Notes under the pieces: generated by a model
What the model was told of the DNA's origin: nothing
What the model saw: only the letters and a program-made list of their open reading frames with translations
Database searches by the model: none
Shown here: piece by piece, positions 40,484-42,238 of the stretch
How positions within the stretch are numbered: position 1 is the first letter of the stretch
Layout: every line of letters starts with the position of its first letter
Source of the DNA: Rhodoluna sp.
Lineage (GTDB): Bacteria > Actinomycetota > Actinomycetes > Actinomycetales > Microbacteriaceae
Reading direction: 5' to 3'
Assembly (NCBI GenBank): GCA_016462375.1
Contig: JAEMTJ010000001.1
Span: forward strand, 4,085 to 46,322
Length of the DNA stretch: 42,238 nucleotides
Translations under genes and position numbers: made by a program

Positions 40484-41125
40484 GTGAATATAAACGACAT
40501 CCTGCACCCTGACGCACTCCTCGAATCCTTAGGCTCTTGGGCCTTGGTAATAGCGGCTCTAATAGTTGTTGCTGAAACCGGCTTACTCCTTGGCTTCTTC
40601 CTACCGGGCGATTCCCTGCTATTCACGGTTGGTTTGTTGATAGGCAGTGGAACGATTGAATCACCAATTTGGCTAGCTTGCTTGGTCATTTCGGTCTCAG
40701 CCGTAATTGGCGATCAACTTGGATACTTCATTGGCCTAAAAGCTGGACCTGCTGTTTTTAAGCGTCCAGACTCAAAACTTTTCAGTCACAAAAATGTTGA
40801 ACGAACTCAGGCTTTCTTCGCAAAATATGGTTCTAAGGCAGTTATCTTCGCTCACTTCGTTCCAATCATGAGAACCTTCGTTCCAGTTGCGGCTGGAGTT
40901 GGAAAAATGCCCTACCGCTATTACCTAAGAAACAACATCATCGGTGCACTTACCTGGGGGTTGAGCGTTCCATTACTGGGGTATTTCCTTGGCGGAAACG
41001 AATTCATCAAAGCAAACGTAATTCTGATTACCCTTGTCTTAGTCGCGTTATCTTTTATCCCAGTAATTATTGAGATTGTTAAATCGCGAGTTAGAGGCTC
41101 TTCAAATAATCAAGTAGAGAACTAA
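40484..41125 (+). CDS. dedA: DedA / VTT-domain membrane protein
   Basis: AETGLLLGFFLPGDSLL, GDQLGYFIG and FVPIMRTFVPVAAG. Confidence 0.93.
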   Translation: MNINDILHPDALLESLGSWALVIAALIVVAETGLLLGFFLPGDSLLFTVGLLIGSGTIESPIWLACLVISVSAVIGDQLGYFIGLKAGPAVFKRPDSKLFSHKNVERTQAFFAKYGSKAVIFAHFVPIMRTFVPVAAGVGKMPYRYYLRNNIIGALTWGLSVPLLGYFLGGNEFIKANVILITLVLVALSFIPVIIEIVKSRVRGSSNNQVEN

Positions 41126-41660
41126 CAGCTTGCCCTCGATGGCTAATCGAGTTCTTTACTTCTGGTTCTAACTCGGCAGCGGTAACTTCGAATCCTTCTG
41201 GAATAAATAATGGGTCATAGCCATAGCCATTGGTTCCTCTTTCTTCAAAAGCTACCCTGCCTGGCCAAGTGCCAGTGAAACAAATCTCGGTGTCTTGAGT
41301 AACCAGAGCAATTGTGCAAACAAAGGTGGCTTGGCGGTGTTCTGCGGCAATGTCTTTTAACTGAGTAAGAAGTAATCTGCGATTGGCAACGTTGTCTCTA
41401 GTGCCGGCCCAGATGGCAGTAAAGATACCTGGCGAACCCCCAAGGATTTCAACAGCTATACCTGAATCATCCGCAACAGCGGGAAGACCGGTAAAAGCAA
41501 AAGCAGCTCTAGCTTTGATAAGAGCATTCTCAACAAAACTAACGCCATCTTCAATTGGCTCTGGGCCATCAAAACCAACTAAATCAAAACCATGTGGCTC
41601 GAGGATTGCTCTTAGCTCAGCAACTTTACCTAGGTTATGGGTAGCAAGAACTAGCTTCAT
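41091..41660 (-). CDS. rdgB: Non-canonical purine NTP pyrophosphatase (RdgB/HAM1)
   Basis: [26 protein letters not shown] and KNSISHR; ATGA overlap with rph. Confidence 0.96.
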   Translation of the reverse strand: MKLVLATHNLGKVAELRAILEPHGFDLVGFDGPEPIEDGVSFVENALIKARAAFAFTGLPAVADDSGIAVEILGGSPGIFTAIWAGTRDNVANRRLLLTQLKDIAAEHRQATFVCTIALVTQDTEICFTGTWPGRVAFEERGTNGYGYDPLFIPEGFEVTAAELEPEVKNSISHRGQAVSSLLDYLKSL

Positions 41661-42238
41661 GAATTCAGTGAATCGCTTTGATAGCGGGTCAGTTCTGCTG
41701 TTCCAAGAAGAGCTAGATCCAATAGAGCGTTGAGTTCTTCTCGATCAAAAGCTGCCCCTTCGGCGGTTCCTTGAACTTCAACAAATTTTCCTGCGCCGGT
41801 TACTACTACGTTCATGTCTGTCTCAGCACGAACATCTTCGGTATAGGCAAGATCAAGCATTGGCTCACCATCGATGATGCCAACTGAGATAGCAGCGATT
41901 GAGTCAATGATCACCTTGTTCTTAGCTGGGATGTGACCCTTAGAAATTCCATAGTTGATGGCATCCACCAGAGCAACATAAGCGCCCGTAATTGCCGCAG
42001 TTCTAGTTCCTCCGTCTGCCTGTAAAACATCACAGTCAATGACAATGGTGTTCTCCCCCAGTGCTTTGAAATCAACTGCCGCTCTGAGCGCTCTTCCAAT
42101 CAAACGAGAAATCTCATGAGTTCTACCGCCAACTTTTCCTTTGATGGACTCACGGTCATTGCGGTCATGGGTGGCTCTAGGTAGCATGGCATATTCAGCA
42201 GTGACCCAACCTTCACCTTTACCAACTTTCCAACGTGG
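41657..42238 (-). CDS. rph: Ribonuclease PH, 3' part (5' end outside the window)
   Basis: The frame stays open to the right edge: [33 protein letters not shown] and EVQGTAEG. Confidence 0.97.
   Translation of the reverse strand, partial: PRWKVGKGEGWVTAEYAMLPRATHDRNDRESIKGKVGGRTHEISRLIGRALRAAVDFKALGENTIVIDCDVLQADGGTRTAAITGAYVALVDAINYGISKGHIPAKNKVIIDSIAAISVGIIDGEPMLDLAYTEDVRAETDMNVVVTGAGKFVEVQGTAEGAAFDREELNALLDLALLGTAELTRYQSDSLNS

Noticed and set aside
40411-41125. Integrative element at tRNA-Arg
   Set aside because: No integrase and no duplicated tRNA 3' end was seen; the site appears unoccupied.

Overview
Dense, mostly housekeeping chromosomal window from a streamlined actinobacterium. Protein sequences, gene order and a GC content of roughly the mid-40s % (by eye) suggest a freshwater Microbacteriaceae lineage such as Aquiluna/Rhodoluna; this is an inference. 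From left to right: partial proS, ispG, a RseP/Rip1-type protease and dxr; a ~13.5 kb polyamine/GABA utilisation cluster (gabT, a hemL-like class III aminotransferase, potDABC-type ABC transporter, ald, an orphan FtsK/EccC-like ATPase, aminobutyraldehyde dehydrogenase, an Lrp/AsnC regulator and a third class III aminotransferase); a DNA-damage mini-cluster (ogt, tag, small membrane ORF, yaaA); a PduO-type adenosyltransferase; a ~19 kb co-directional run argS-lysA-hom-thrC-thrB-rho-prfA-prmC-tsaC-wecA-atpIBEFHAGDC; then tRNA-Arg(CCG), dedA, rdgB and partial rph. I found no mobile element, prophage, CRISPR array or defence system, and cannot support a clearly new multi-gene system. The best leads are the dedA start codon one base after the tRNA 3' end, a symmetric bidirectional leaderless promoter, helically phased A-tracts at the Lrp promoter, a basic histone-like tail on one aminotransferase, a Rho apparently lacking its N-terminal helix bundle, and the orphan FtsK/EccC-like gene inside the polyamine cluster.
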